64,000 bases of DNA from Tetramitus jugosus (taxonomy: Eukaryota > Protista > Heterolobosea): NCBI GenBank assembly GCA_937625935.1, contig OW569347.1, positions 622,642 through 686,641 on the forward strand. The letters run 5' to 3'. The notes beneath the pieces are model-generated. The model ran no database searches and was not told the origin of the DNA. It worked only from the letters and a program-made list of their open reading frames with translations. Position 1 is the stretch's first letter. Every line of letters starts with the position of its first letter. This document shows positions 42,735-52,826 of this stretch, in pieces. The position numbers and the translations under genes are program-made.

Positions 42735-45486
42735 ATGATGCGAAAGATTAAGAAAACAGTGGCTCAACTCGGTTCACACAGACAGAAAAAGACGCCCCCT
42801 GAAGCTACGGTCACCATGACTGAGAATGCTCCTTCTTCTCCGGCGTACACCGAAGTGACAATCACTCGGCCGAATCTCACAGATACCACGAATACCGGCA
42901 CAGTTGATAATCAGATTATCATTGCCAACGACAAGAGCATTGACATGTCAAAATCTCAGTATGAGTTTGTGAGAGAGATAGGATTGGGATCCTTTGGAAA
43001 AGCAATCCTAGTGAAGAAGCGGGTAGGTGGACAGCAATTTGTTATGAAGAGAATTAACATGAACGAAATGAGTGAAGATGAGAGACAGGGTGCAATGAAT
43101 GAAGTCAAGGTGCTACAATTATTGAAACATCGGAACATTATTTCCTATCATGAGTCGTTTCAGAGTGATGATGGTTATTTGAACATTATCATGGATTATG
43201 CAGATGGTGGAGACATGTTTCAGAAGATTAGGAACGCTGGTTGTCGATGGTTTGATGAAGATGTATGTTTGTGCATCTGTATGTTATCATTGTTGGCCAG
43301 AGGAGTGGAGTGACTAATGATTCTCGTTTTTATGTTTCACAAAATAGCAAATCATAGATTGGTTCATTCAAATCGCATTGGGTTTGAAGCACGTGCATGA
43401 TAGCAATATCTTACACAGAGACTTGAAAACACAAAACATATTTCTGACGTCAGACAATACTGTAAAGTTGGGTGATTTTGGTATAGCGAAGATCTTGAAT
43501 TCACAAACTGAATTCGCGAATACAGTCATAGGAACTCCATACTATTTGTCTCCCGAGTTATGCGAGGATAAACCATACAATCAAAAGAGCGATGTTTGGG
43601 CTCTCGGGTGCGTTTTGTATGAAGTGACCACTCTGAAACATGCTTTCAACGGACAGAATCTCCCTGCCCTGGTATTAAAAATCGTCAGAGGGAGGTACCC
43701 GCCCATTCCTCCTCAATACAGCAATGATTTAAAGGAACTGATATCTTCAATGTTACAAAAGGATCCAGATTTGAGGCCCAGTATGGAGGAAATATTATCA
43801 CAACCATTTATTCAGAAACGAATATCCAACTTTATCATTTCGTTGAGTTCGTCAGGGTTGAAGAAGAAAAGCGAATCAACAGCGATAAATAATGAACTAA
43901 AAGCGGACGTTGCTCCAACGAACAATGAGATAGAGAGTAAGGAAAAGAAGGATATTCAGAATAAGAAGGACAATGAATGGTTAGAACTGAAGCAGAAGGA
44001 GTTAATGAGCATGTACAAGAACCTCCATCCTTCGAAGAAATTCGCACTTGATTCAACACCAGAGAGAGTTACTGCAACAGAAGAGAGAAAACAATTAATG
44101 AACGAGAAGAAAAAGCAACGAATACAATACTATGGCCAAAGGCTCGCAGAGAGGAAGAACATTACAGTAAATCCCACTACTATCAACTCTTCAGAATCAA
44201 CTACAACTCAAGAAGTAGTGCAACCTACTCCAATTGTGCAACAGAAACCTCCTTCTCGAGTTCCAAAGATTCAAGCTCAACGACTTGATCCCTCACCTCC
44301 TCAACCACTTGTTTCAGAACACAATCCTTTCTTATCGAACAGAGAGCAAGTATTTGCCAAGAAAGTCTCAGGTCAAAACGATGAAGAGAACTCCAAGAAC
44401 GAGCGAATAAGGAAGCAGCAAGAAGCAAGAAATTTAAAACAACAAATTGAAGAGGAATCAAAGCTCACTGATGCTCGGTCGAGGTTGGAGAAAAAACAAG
44501 AGGAGAAAGAAAGGGAAAAATGGTTGTCACAAATGAAAGAAAATGACATAAATGAACGGAAGAAGAGATACTTGGAGGAGAAGAAGTTAGAAAAGCAAAA
44601 GAAACAAGAGGAGGAGAGAAAGAAAAAACTTGATCATCAGAAGAAGATGAAAGCAATTAAGGATCGAAAGAAGCAGCTTAACGCGAATATTAGTAGTGAT
44701 ACAGGCACTGATACGTCAGATAGTACTACTATTCCAGCTAGTAATGAAAGGTTCATTCTTAAAAAGGTTGACCATGAGAAAGACTCACCAGTTGACCCAC
44801 AAAAGGAAGAGGAGCGGAAAAAGACTCAACAGCAACACAGACAAGATCTAAAAGCGTTCATCATGGCTCAGAAGAAAAAGGGTAAAGCGGATGTCTCAGT
44901 GGATGTTGTGGTGCCAACTTCTCCTCGCTGTATTAATTCTTCTCCCAAAGTGATGAAGGAGTGGGATAGTGTTTTCGAGGTGAAGGAGTTGCAGGATAAC
45001 CCAAATGAACAGGAGTCTTCTTCAGTTTTCGAAGAGGAGGTTGTTTCACAAATAGCTACCAAAAAAGATGAAGAGTGTGAAGAGGATTCCATGACTGATT
45101 TGAGTGATAGCAATGAAGTACAAGAAGAACCTCAACCTCTCCTCAAACAATCAGAGGTAGAATCTAAAAAAGACGATATTGTGCGGTATCTTCTAGAGCA
45201 CAACCTCCAACTCAATGCTCCGTTGCAGCAGACTATCGTACAAGACAAACAACAAAAGTTGAGCATCAGGATAGAGCATTTGAGAGAGTATTGTGAAAGA
45301 AAATTTGGTGAAGAGTTATTCTTGAAGCTCTACAAGCATTTGCGGGATGTTGGGGAGAACGATGATGACGACAAGGTTGACGAAGGTTTACATCGTGTTC
45401 TAGGTGAGGATGCTTCAAGACTTTATCCCTATATACAAAAAGTGCATCAGCTCATTTTCTGTGAAGATATTTTTTATGCCCACTAG
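42735..45486 (+). CDS. NIMA-related kinase (Nek1-like), 2 exons, ~888 aa
   Basis: Exons 42735-43262 and 43348-45486 (intron GTATGT..CTAAT..TAG). [28 protein letters not shown]; coiled coil; Nek1-type C-terminal [17 protein letters not shown]...QLIFCED. Confidence 0.95.
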
Positions 45487-45524
45487 TGTAGTAAGTCATT
45501 CTCAATACATGCAATCGTTCGATA

Positions 45525-48050
45525 TTATTCAGAAACTATCAAGTAGGTTTGTTGTTCGACAAAGCTTGAGAGCTTCTTAAATTCTCTCAAAGTTGTTTCC
45601 TTCACAGATAGTGATACAAAGTACAGAATGGAGTCTGCTGGAATATTTGTGGTTGCAGGAGCGATTACTCTGCATTGAATGGGATAACTCTCTATTCTTT
45701 GCAGTTCAAACAAGGCTACAACTGGACTCGATTCTGAAGTGCAATAAATTTTCTCAATCTTTGCGTCATAATGTGCTCCATTACTCTGAATGATGTGGTA
45801 ATACTCGCCAACTTGTAGCGAGGACTCAAATCGTCTGTTAATTTTAACTGCTGAGAAGGTTGTATGATTTAAGAGGTGCTTCGATCCAATAGGTGTAATG
45901 CTACTATCTACGGATGATGTTTTTGTTGCTGCATCCTTGTTAAAGTCAAGGACGCGGGCCACAGTTGACTCGTTTTGGGTACTCTTTTTTGGTTTTGGCT
46001 CTTGTGGCGGCACTGGTAAAGAGGTACCATCCATCTCTTCCAGATCATAGATTTTGATAGAGTCTCGAATAAATTCAGTACTAATAACTCGAGCACCAGA
46101 CTCTCTATCAACAGTTTCATATTGTGCTCTCTCTTCATCGAAAATAAAATTGATACGTGACACAGGCTTGTTATTCACAATGATTGCTCCACAGAGTCTC
46201 AGGAGGCCAATAAAGTCACGAATCTTTGGTTGTGCTGGACTGCTTGACACCAACACTTTTTTCCTGTAGAATATTCGGTTGACCACTTGGTTGCTCACAC
46301 AGTAGCTAGATGTAAAGTCTTCAATGGTTCTTGGTAGCTCTTGCGAAGTTTGGACAGGTGGATCTACTGTTTTATCAATAAAACAGGGAAGTTGATGCGT
46401 ATCTCGAGGTAGAACTATTTGTTGGGCTGATATACATTCATAAAACCACGATAACTTGAGCAATGGAATGTCGATAGCGAGGGCAGCAAGGTATCCAGGG
46501 GTGGTACAGCACTCTTGGGCTAGCATAATGATCTTTCTACTCTCTAACATGTCACTAAACAAGTCTTTTGTCTCCAGTAGTGTTCCTCCATATTCTTGCA
46601 TCGCATCCAAAAGTTGATCCTTCTCGGGTCTTGTCAATTTTGTTGTTGCGAACTCAATACCATCAAATAAGCTCATGAGCTTCTTTTTCGTTGATTTTGA
46701 TGGAGTTCTGGAGTATCTGTTAGGGGTAGGACATTCTTCTTGAGTATCTTGTTGTGTTACTGTACTTTGAGATGATTGTGTATGTCTCATCTTTCTTCTT
46801 CTTCTACCCAGTCGTTTGATGTCATCTTTACGGGAACGTACAATAGTACTTCGACGTTCGGTTTCTGACCCAGATGATGACAAGTCTTTTGAATCAGATG
46901 CATCATGGATACCCTTCAATTTCTTACTTGAGGTATGAAGCTCTTCGAGTGCTTCTTCTTTTGCTTGATTCTGAATGTCGAGCAATTGACGGCTAAAAGA
47001 TTTCTTGCTGGATGACTTTGGTCCGTTAATAATTAATGTTTTCTGCTTCTTGTTTGGAGTTTGTTGCTCCAATGGGAGCTTTCTCTTCTTTTGTTGGGTT
47101 TTGGAGTAACTCTCATCAGAATCACTGGAGTGAGTATCAGTGGAGTACAATATTACTTCTATGCTTGGATCATCAAAGATTACAGATTCTCTCAGTTCCA
47201 TCGTTTGATCTTCTACAATTTCAATGTCTTGATTTTTCTCAGTCAACATGAGTTCAATATCTTGTTCTACGATGTCAGCTTCTTTTAATTTTTTCTCCCC
47301 TTTCAACCCTTCTTTCTCCTTGTTGACCACGGTTGTCAGCTCCTCACTTGCACAAGTTAATGGAGGGATAATATCTTCAGGCGAGTCACCAAAATGAAAG
47401 GTTTGAGAGCTCTCCTTCTCTACTGGTGGAATGTTGAGAGTCCCGGCCATAAAACTACTCGTTTCCTCATTTGTCATCGAATCACTATCTTCAGAGTCAC
47501 ACTCATCATCATCAGCACATTCATCCTCCATGTACAAATCCATTTGAGTATCTCCAATAAGGACTTGAGATGGTTGTTCATTTGCATAGTCATTTCGATT
47601 TTGAATTGTCACGTTGTGTTCCGGTTGTTTATCCATGACGGGAGTGTCTTTCTGTGCATCATCATCAGCATTATTCAAAGTGGAAGTGGTGGTAGAGGTC
47701 AATTGGTTGGTTATTTGTTCATCGCTCGCTGTTTCTGCTGCAGCGACTGCCGAGTCAGAGTCATTTAGAGTATTGACAAAGGTGAGATCAGTGTTGGCCA
47801 TTGTGCATTGCAATTGGAGTGAGAAAGAGCAGTGAAGATTGGAGTGTTCATCTGATTCACCTCGTTGGAGCATGGGTGGATCGTCCTCGGCAGGTGGTTC
47901 GATGTCTTCCATAGTGTTGGCAGGCACTTGGTCCATGAGCAATGGGTCAGATTCTTTTGGAGGCATGGATGGTGGTGCCACCATGTCATTTGCAGTATCA
48001 GTTGTAGTCATAGCTATGGAGAGGTCACATGTGTTTGGTAGAGAATCCAT
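45525..48050 (-). CDS. Tandem BRCT-domain protein (DNA damage checkpoint scaffold-like)
   Basis: LFDGIEF...MQEYGGTLL...TPGYLAALAIDIPLLKLSWFYECI, then IFYRKKVLV...LLRLCGAII...VISTEFIRDSI; long acidic disordered N-terminus with SQ/TQ sites. Confidence 0.8.
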   Translation of the reverse strand: MDSLPNTCDLSIAMTTTDTANDMVAPPSMPPKESDPLLMDQVPANTMEDIEPPAEDDPPMLQRGESDEHSNLHCSFSLQLQCTMANTDLTFVNTLNDSDSAVAAAETASDEQITNQLTSTTTSTLNNADDDAQKDTPVMDKQPEHNVTIQNRNDYANEQPSQVLIGDTQMDLYMEDECADDDECDSEDSDSMTNEETSSFMAGTLNIPPVEKESSQTFHFGDSPEDIIPPLTCASEELTTVVNKEKEGLKGEKKLKEADIVEQDIELMLTEKNQDIEIVEDQTMELRESVIFDDPSIEVILYSTDTHSSDSDESYSKTQQKKRKLPLEQQTPNKKQKTLIINGPKSSSKKSFSRQLLDIQNQAKEEALEELHTSSKKLKGIHDASDSKDLSSSGSETERRSTIVRSRKDDIKRLGRRRRKMRHTQSSQSTVTQQDTQEECPTPNRYSRTPSKSTKKKLMSLFDGIEFATTKLTRPEKDQLLDAMQEYGGTLLETKDLFSDMLESRKIIMLAQECCTTPGYLAALAIDIPLLKLSWFYECISAQQIVLPRDTHQLPCFIDKTVDPPVQTSQELPRTIEDFTSSYCVSNQVVNRIFYRKKVLVSSSPAQPKIRDFIGLLRLCGAIIVNNKPVSRINFIFDEERAQYETVDRESGARVISTEFIRDSIKIYDLEEMDGTSLPVPPQEPKPKKSTQNESTVARVLDFNKDAATKTSSVDSSITPIGSKHLLNHTTFSAVKINRRFESSLQVGEYYHIIQSNGAHYDAKIEKIYCTSESSPVVALFELQRIESYPIQCRVIAPATTNIPADSILYFVSLSVKETTLREFKKLSSFVEQQTYLIVSE

Positions 48051-48166
48051 GATGCTTGTGTTTGTTATTGTCCAAAAACTTCCATCATTTTTGTGAAGTG
48101 TTTTTGGGTTGTAACGGTCAAGTTTTTGGTACCGTCGGTCATTTATTGATTTTCTCCGTCATTGAG

Positions 48167-49846
48167 TCAATTACGATAAATTTGATCCATGAAGGCGGTG
48201 AGAAAGTCTTCGAGCAGGTCAGAGTCAACCTTCTCTACTTTTGCAATCATTCCATACATGGCTACTGTTCCTGTTGTTTGAAATTCAGAAGCATTCTGTT
48301 TCACGTACTCTAGACTCTCTCGGAAATCTGTGACAAATTGTTGCTTGACTTCAGCATGTTGCGGCATAGCAGTCAAGTGAATGGAATCTGGGCGGCGCTG
48401 ACGATCGATATGCCATCCTTTTTGTTCCATTTTGTCTGCTACTGCGAAGATGTTCACTGAATTGGACTTGAAGGCAATTACACTCATCAGAGGATCTCCC
48501 AAAATTTCAATGTCGTCCAGTTTCGATATCTCTGATTGGATGTATGAACGAACGTCTAATACACACTTGGTGGTTGATATGAATCCTTTCATTCCCATTG
48601 CTTTCAAGCTTGCCCATGCAGCAGCAATTGGACCACCACCACGCGAGCCCATCAATGTTGGAGAGATGTAAAATCCACCCGGCCAGCTAGTTGAAGCATA
48701 GAATTGATATTTACGAATTTCTGGATCGCGGTATAGTAACACACTAGCACCCTTTGGTGAATACCCATACTTGTGCAGGTCAGCAGAAATGCTTGTAACT
48801 CCCTTCAACCTAAAATCAAAAGTTTCGATCTTGTGGCCGAGCATTTCTACAAATGGAAGAACGAATCCGCCTATGCAAGAATCGACATGCAAAGGTAGTT
48901 GATATTTGAGGGCCAAATCCGATAATTGAGTGATAGGGTCAATGATTCCATGAGGATACTGAGGAGCACTTCCTATCAACAATATTGTGTTCTTTGTAAT
49001 TGCTTTCTCAGTAGCCTTCATATCCATCTTCATAGTTATCGTATCGAATGGAACAAACACCAACTTCATATTGAAGTAGTGAGCAGCCTTGTATATGGCA
49101 GGATGAGCTGTATCACATAAGATAACCTCAGGTTCGATAATATGAGGGTTCAATGCACGTGCTCTATCACGATAGCATTTCATCATTAATAACAACGATT
49201 CTGTACCGCCGCTTGTCACAGAGCCAACAACATTCATACCTTCAGTTGTTGCATGGAATAAAGGTTTACACATAGCAATAATCTCATTTTCCATTCTTCT
49301 GAGACTCTTGAAAGCCATTGGACTGAGTGCGTTCGTGTGAATAAACAGATTGTGTGCCTTGCTCACAAAATCAGAATGCTCATGACTCTTTTCATAAATA
49401 TAGGCCCATACTTTGCCCTCGCTAGGATTCACATCTCCCTCCTTCATATTCTTCATGTACTCCAAGAGATTATCCAGATCAATACCTTCATCAGGTATGA
49501 CAGCCAACTGTGGTTGATCGTGACTCAGAGTCGATCCACTTCCATCTTGTTGCTCTTCCTGGGGAAACAGGTCCCTCACTGTTTTCTCTGCTTCTGCATT
49601 GATTGTGGACTGAATGGCCTTCTGTCCGACAGATGTACTCTTAATGGCACCAGTCAATGAGCGCAACAGACCTTTGCGTGCAATTGCAGACAAGAAACGA
49701 TATGCAGCATAAACAACGATGCAATGTTCAGCCAGTTGCACTTTTGATTGAGAAGAAAGGTATGCATGAACAGATTGCACAATCTGTTTGATGAAAAGGG
49801 AGGTGGATTGCACCTGATTTTCTTGTTGCTGTGACAAGGATGACAT
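48167..49846 (-). CDS. SGPL1: Sphingosine-1-phosphate lyase (PLP-dependent)
   Basis: TSGGTESLL, AHPAIYKAAHY, GSAPQYPHG, LHVDSCIGGF, SISADLHKYG (PLP lysine), GSRGGG; start at ATG 49846. Confidence 0.93.
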   Translation of the reverse strand: MSSLSQQQENQVQSTSLFIKQIVQSVHAYLSSQSKVQLAEHCIVVYAAYRFLSAIARKGLLRSLTGAIKSTSVGQKAIQSTINAEAEKTVRDLFPQEEQQDGSGSTLSHDQPQLAVIPDEGIDLDNLLEYMKNMKEGDVNPSEGKVWAYIYEKSHEHSDFVSKAHNLFIHTNALSPMAFKSLRRMENEIIAMCKPLFHATTEGMNVVGSVTSGGTESLLLMMKCYRDRARALNPHIIEPEVILCDTAHPAIYKAAHYFNMKLVFVPFDTITMKMDMKATEKAITKNTILLIGSAPQYPHGIIDPITQLSDLALKYQLPLHVDSCIGGFVLPFVEMLGHKIETFDFRLKGVTSISADLHKYGYSPKGASVLLYRDPEIRKYQFYASTSWPGGFYISPTLMGSRGGGPIAAAWASLKAMGMKGFISTTKCVLDVRSYIQSEISKLDDIEILGDPLMSVIAFKSNSVNIFAVADKMEQKGWHIDRQRRPDSIHLTAMPQHAEVKQQFVTDFRESLEYVKQNASEFQTTGTVAMYGMIAKVEKVDSDLLEDFLTAFMDQIYRN

Positions 49847-50081
49847 TCGAATACCGTTGTTTTGAAATATGTTACACAACAGTGAAGTGGGTGGATGTTT
49901 GTTGTTTACTGAATCTAGTGGATTGTGATGAGGGAGTTCTGGTGGTGGTGTTTGTGCGAGGATAGTATGGGGTTTTCAGATGTTATCGCGCTGCATGATA
50001 ACCACGACTGACGGGTGACGACATGGCATCGGACTAGGGGAAAAACTGGCACTTTACTGGTGTTGCTTCTTCGTAGCATTC

Positions 50082-50673
50082 TTACACTGAGAGAACTTTG
50101 ATTCTTGTCTCTTTGTTTCTTTTTTCTTGGAGAGCTTTCTCCTTGAACTTCTAATGGAACAAATGGGCAACAAAAAAGGTCAGCGATTCACAATTACATT
50201 GACTTCGAATTGTTGTTCAGACATACGGATAGTTGTGCTTTGTCTCTGCTGATTTCTTTCTTTTGAATAGACAAGTTCTCCTTGTCCACACTATGTAGTG
50301 ATGTTTCTTGTTGAATTCTTAGAACCAGATCCTTCGTGTTCATTCTCTGGTCTTCCATTTGGAGGACAAGGTGTTCCTCTCGTTTGTATCCCATAGAAAT
50401 CTGTTCATTTTCTTCTTTCAACTGAGATATTCGATTGTTCAAGTCATTTATTGCTGATTGTAGCTTTATCCTATTGGTGTTCAAATGGTCCAACTCTATG
50501 ATGTTCTTGTTTTCTTCGCACTGTAACTTTTTGATGATTTCCTCGAAAGTTTTCCTTTCTTCTGTGCTTACTCTTAATTCTGCCTCCAATTTTCTTACTG
50601 TTGAATACGTGAGTCCTAGAATCTCTACAAATTCATCCTTTCGTATCTCTCTCTTGAATTCTTCTTGTTTCAT
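50082..50673 (-). CDS. Small coiled-coil protein, 2 exons, ~171 aa
   Basis: Exons 50673-50227 and 50150-50082 (intron GTATGT..GCTGAC..TAG, in frame); heptad-rich. Confidence 0.65.
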
Positions 50674-50777
50674 TATTGTTGGTCACCAACAATAGTTCCG
50701 AAATTGGCGGTCAATTGTTGTCCGGAGTAAGAAGAACTCTTCCATTCAGATATTCACTTGATATCTATAGCTAGAAG

Positions 50778-52349
50778 ATGTCATTCAACCCACTGAGAAC
50801 TCCCAATGAGGGATGTTTTGTCGAGATCTGTCCTACAAAGTTCGAGAGCTTACCCTACTCTTTTCTCAAGCATAACAAGTCTGGCATTATCAATTCCAAG
50901 AAGGGTTTCAAGAAGAGTGTGAAGCCAGAGCATAGATACATGGATGGAGAAAAATCTTATCGTGAGGGCAAGGTGAACATTAAAGACACAGATAGAAGGA
51001 TTTTATCAAACATTAGGAACTGTGTTTCTCACTCTGACCGTATCTTATTTCTCACTTCTCAACAAACTCATCAAACGAGTGAAATGAGAAAGAACCGTGG
51101 TGACATTAAGAAGATGATCAATGAAGACACTTACGAGAATCGATTAGTCGGAGTGGTTAGAAGTGTAAATCACAAAAAGAAAACAGCAAAAGTTCGATTG
51201 TTGAATGCGAACGAATCCGAAGAGGAACAATACTCCTTCTGCTATCTTCGAGTGATATCAAGGGATGAGATGCGAAAAATCTTTAAGGCCAACATTGTGA
51301 ACAAGAATGTAGCTCAAGTCGAGAAAGAAGTGAAGGATGGAACGAAAATTCAACAGATGATCACAAATCAGAAAAAGGAAGAAGCGAAAAGAGTTAGTGA
51401 GACTGAAGCTTCCGTTAATGTTCATGGGAAAAATCTCTATATGTTGTTATCTGGGCATAGAAATACTGACAATCTTCTAAGTTCATTCCAAGAGCCTTCC
51501 TATGGATTGGATTCTTTAAGGAGAAAATCAATAGGTCAGAGCCTCGTTGACTTTCGAGATAAAACCAGGCGAATCATGGCCAGTCAATTTGGAAGCCGTT
51601 CGACAGTTATTTTGAATCAACTGAGAGATGAACCGAAGAGATTCATTGTTGGGAACTCCTATGATGCCGTTGTGGACAATGTGAGGTGCCGGAAACTCTC
51701 TACTGGCGACATTGACTTTTACGAAAACGTGTACCTTGAACTCAAGGTCAATACGGAAGAGGGCAATGGCACAATGATGTTGAAACTCGATTTTATACAC
51801 TTTATTAGTGCTTCTATACACACCAAAATACACTCAGAGTTTTCAAATGCTAGGGAGACCAGTGAGAAGATTTATAGAACTTGCGTCAGAGAACTAGAAG
51901 ATATGTTACTTGACAAACACGTTAAGTTCGTTCCCACGGTCGAGAAACCTGATCTATTTGGATGTATACATGCCAACCTGTACTACAACCAATCAGCAAA
52001 ACAGTTTCTCGATCTACTCTCGAACGAATCTGGCTGGATTCAGGTGATTGTGTTGAATCGAGGGCTAGCAGCGATAGATCCAGAGTGTATCGGTCTAGAA
52101 GATGAGGAATACAATCAACTATTGAAGTCCCAACAATCAGCACAATCAAGCAAGAGAGGTATTTGGAGACACTACGAGGTTGTTGGGATCGATTCCCCTT
52201 CAAGGAGAAGGACCAGCACCTTTTTGCCGAATCGTTTGGTTCGCTCTTCAATGGAGCTTGGCCATCGGTCAATGTCTCCAAACGAAGAAAGATACGACAA
52301 GAATTATGTGATTCGATCTCATACCACTCAAGGTATCCATCGTTCTTGA
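50778..52349 (+). CDS. Protein with a KOW/SH3-like barrel and a C-terminal degenerate staphylococcal-nuclease-like domain
   Basis: RELEDMLLDKHVKF...PDLFGCIHANLY...VLNRGLA...LLKSQQSAQSSKRGIW matches the SNase C-terminal pattern; VGVVRSVNHKKKTAKVRLL is KOW-like. Confidence 0.65.
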   Translation: MSFNPLRTPNEGCFVEICPTKFESLPYSFLKHNKSGIINSKKGFKKSVKPEHRYMDGEKSYREGKVNIKDTDRRILSNIRNCVSHSDRILFLTSQQTHQTSEMRKNRGDIKKMINEDTYENRLVGVVRSVNHKKKTAKVRLLNANESEEEQYSFCYLRVISRDEMRKIFKANIVNKNVAQVEKEVKDGTKIQQMITNQKKEEAKRVSETEASVNVHGKNLYMLLSGHRNTDNLLSSFQEPSYGLDSLRRKSIGQSLVDFRDKTRRIMASQFGSRSTVILNQLRDEPKRFIVGNSYDAVVDNVRCRKLSTGDIDFYENVYLELKVNTEEGNGTMMLKLDFIHFISASIHTKIHSEFSNARETSEKIYRTCVRELEDMLLDKHVKFVPTVEKPDLFGCIHANLYYNQSAKQFLDLLSNESGWIQVIVLNRGLAAIDPECIGLEDEEYNQLLKSQQSAQSSKRGIWRHYEVVGIDSPSRRRTSTFLPNRLVRSSMELGHRSMSPNEERYDKNYVIRSHTTQGIHRS

Positions 52350-52826
52350 CATCAGATTGAGTTGGTGTTTGTTTGGAGAGTTCGCTTGACCTTTTTGGGT
52401 AAAACTCTTCTTTCCTGGATGCAATTCTGAAAGAGGAGAATGAAAAACAAACGAATGTTCTGGCTCTTAAAGAATTTCACAGCGTATCTGATTGAACTCG
52501 GTGTGATATATTCTGAACTCCTTTCGTTTGTTGGTGGTGCGATCCTTTTTGGTGCCACCAAACAAATCGCGCAATCCTTTTGGGGACACGGCACCTAAAG
52601 TGGATAAAGTGAAAGAACGAATGTTTGACTGTTCCACCTGAAAAATTCACCATATCCGCGAGATCAATTCCTTTTTCTCTCGAGCTCCAGCCATAACTGC
52701 AACCAATCGTCATTTGTCTTTGTGACAACCTACAACTGCGTGACAATTTTAAGAAGCTTTGTGGTTGAATTTTACACCTAACCAAAAAACAATCTCCAAG
52801 AAAACCAATAACCACTCCTTCTTATC

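Noticed and set aside
5042-52349. Apparent clustering of DNA-repair genes (RAD9, nuclease, TDP2-like, NEK, BRCT)
   Set aside because: They are interspersed with unrelated genes over ~47 kb; compatible with chance in a gene-dense genome.
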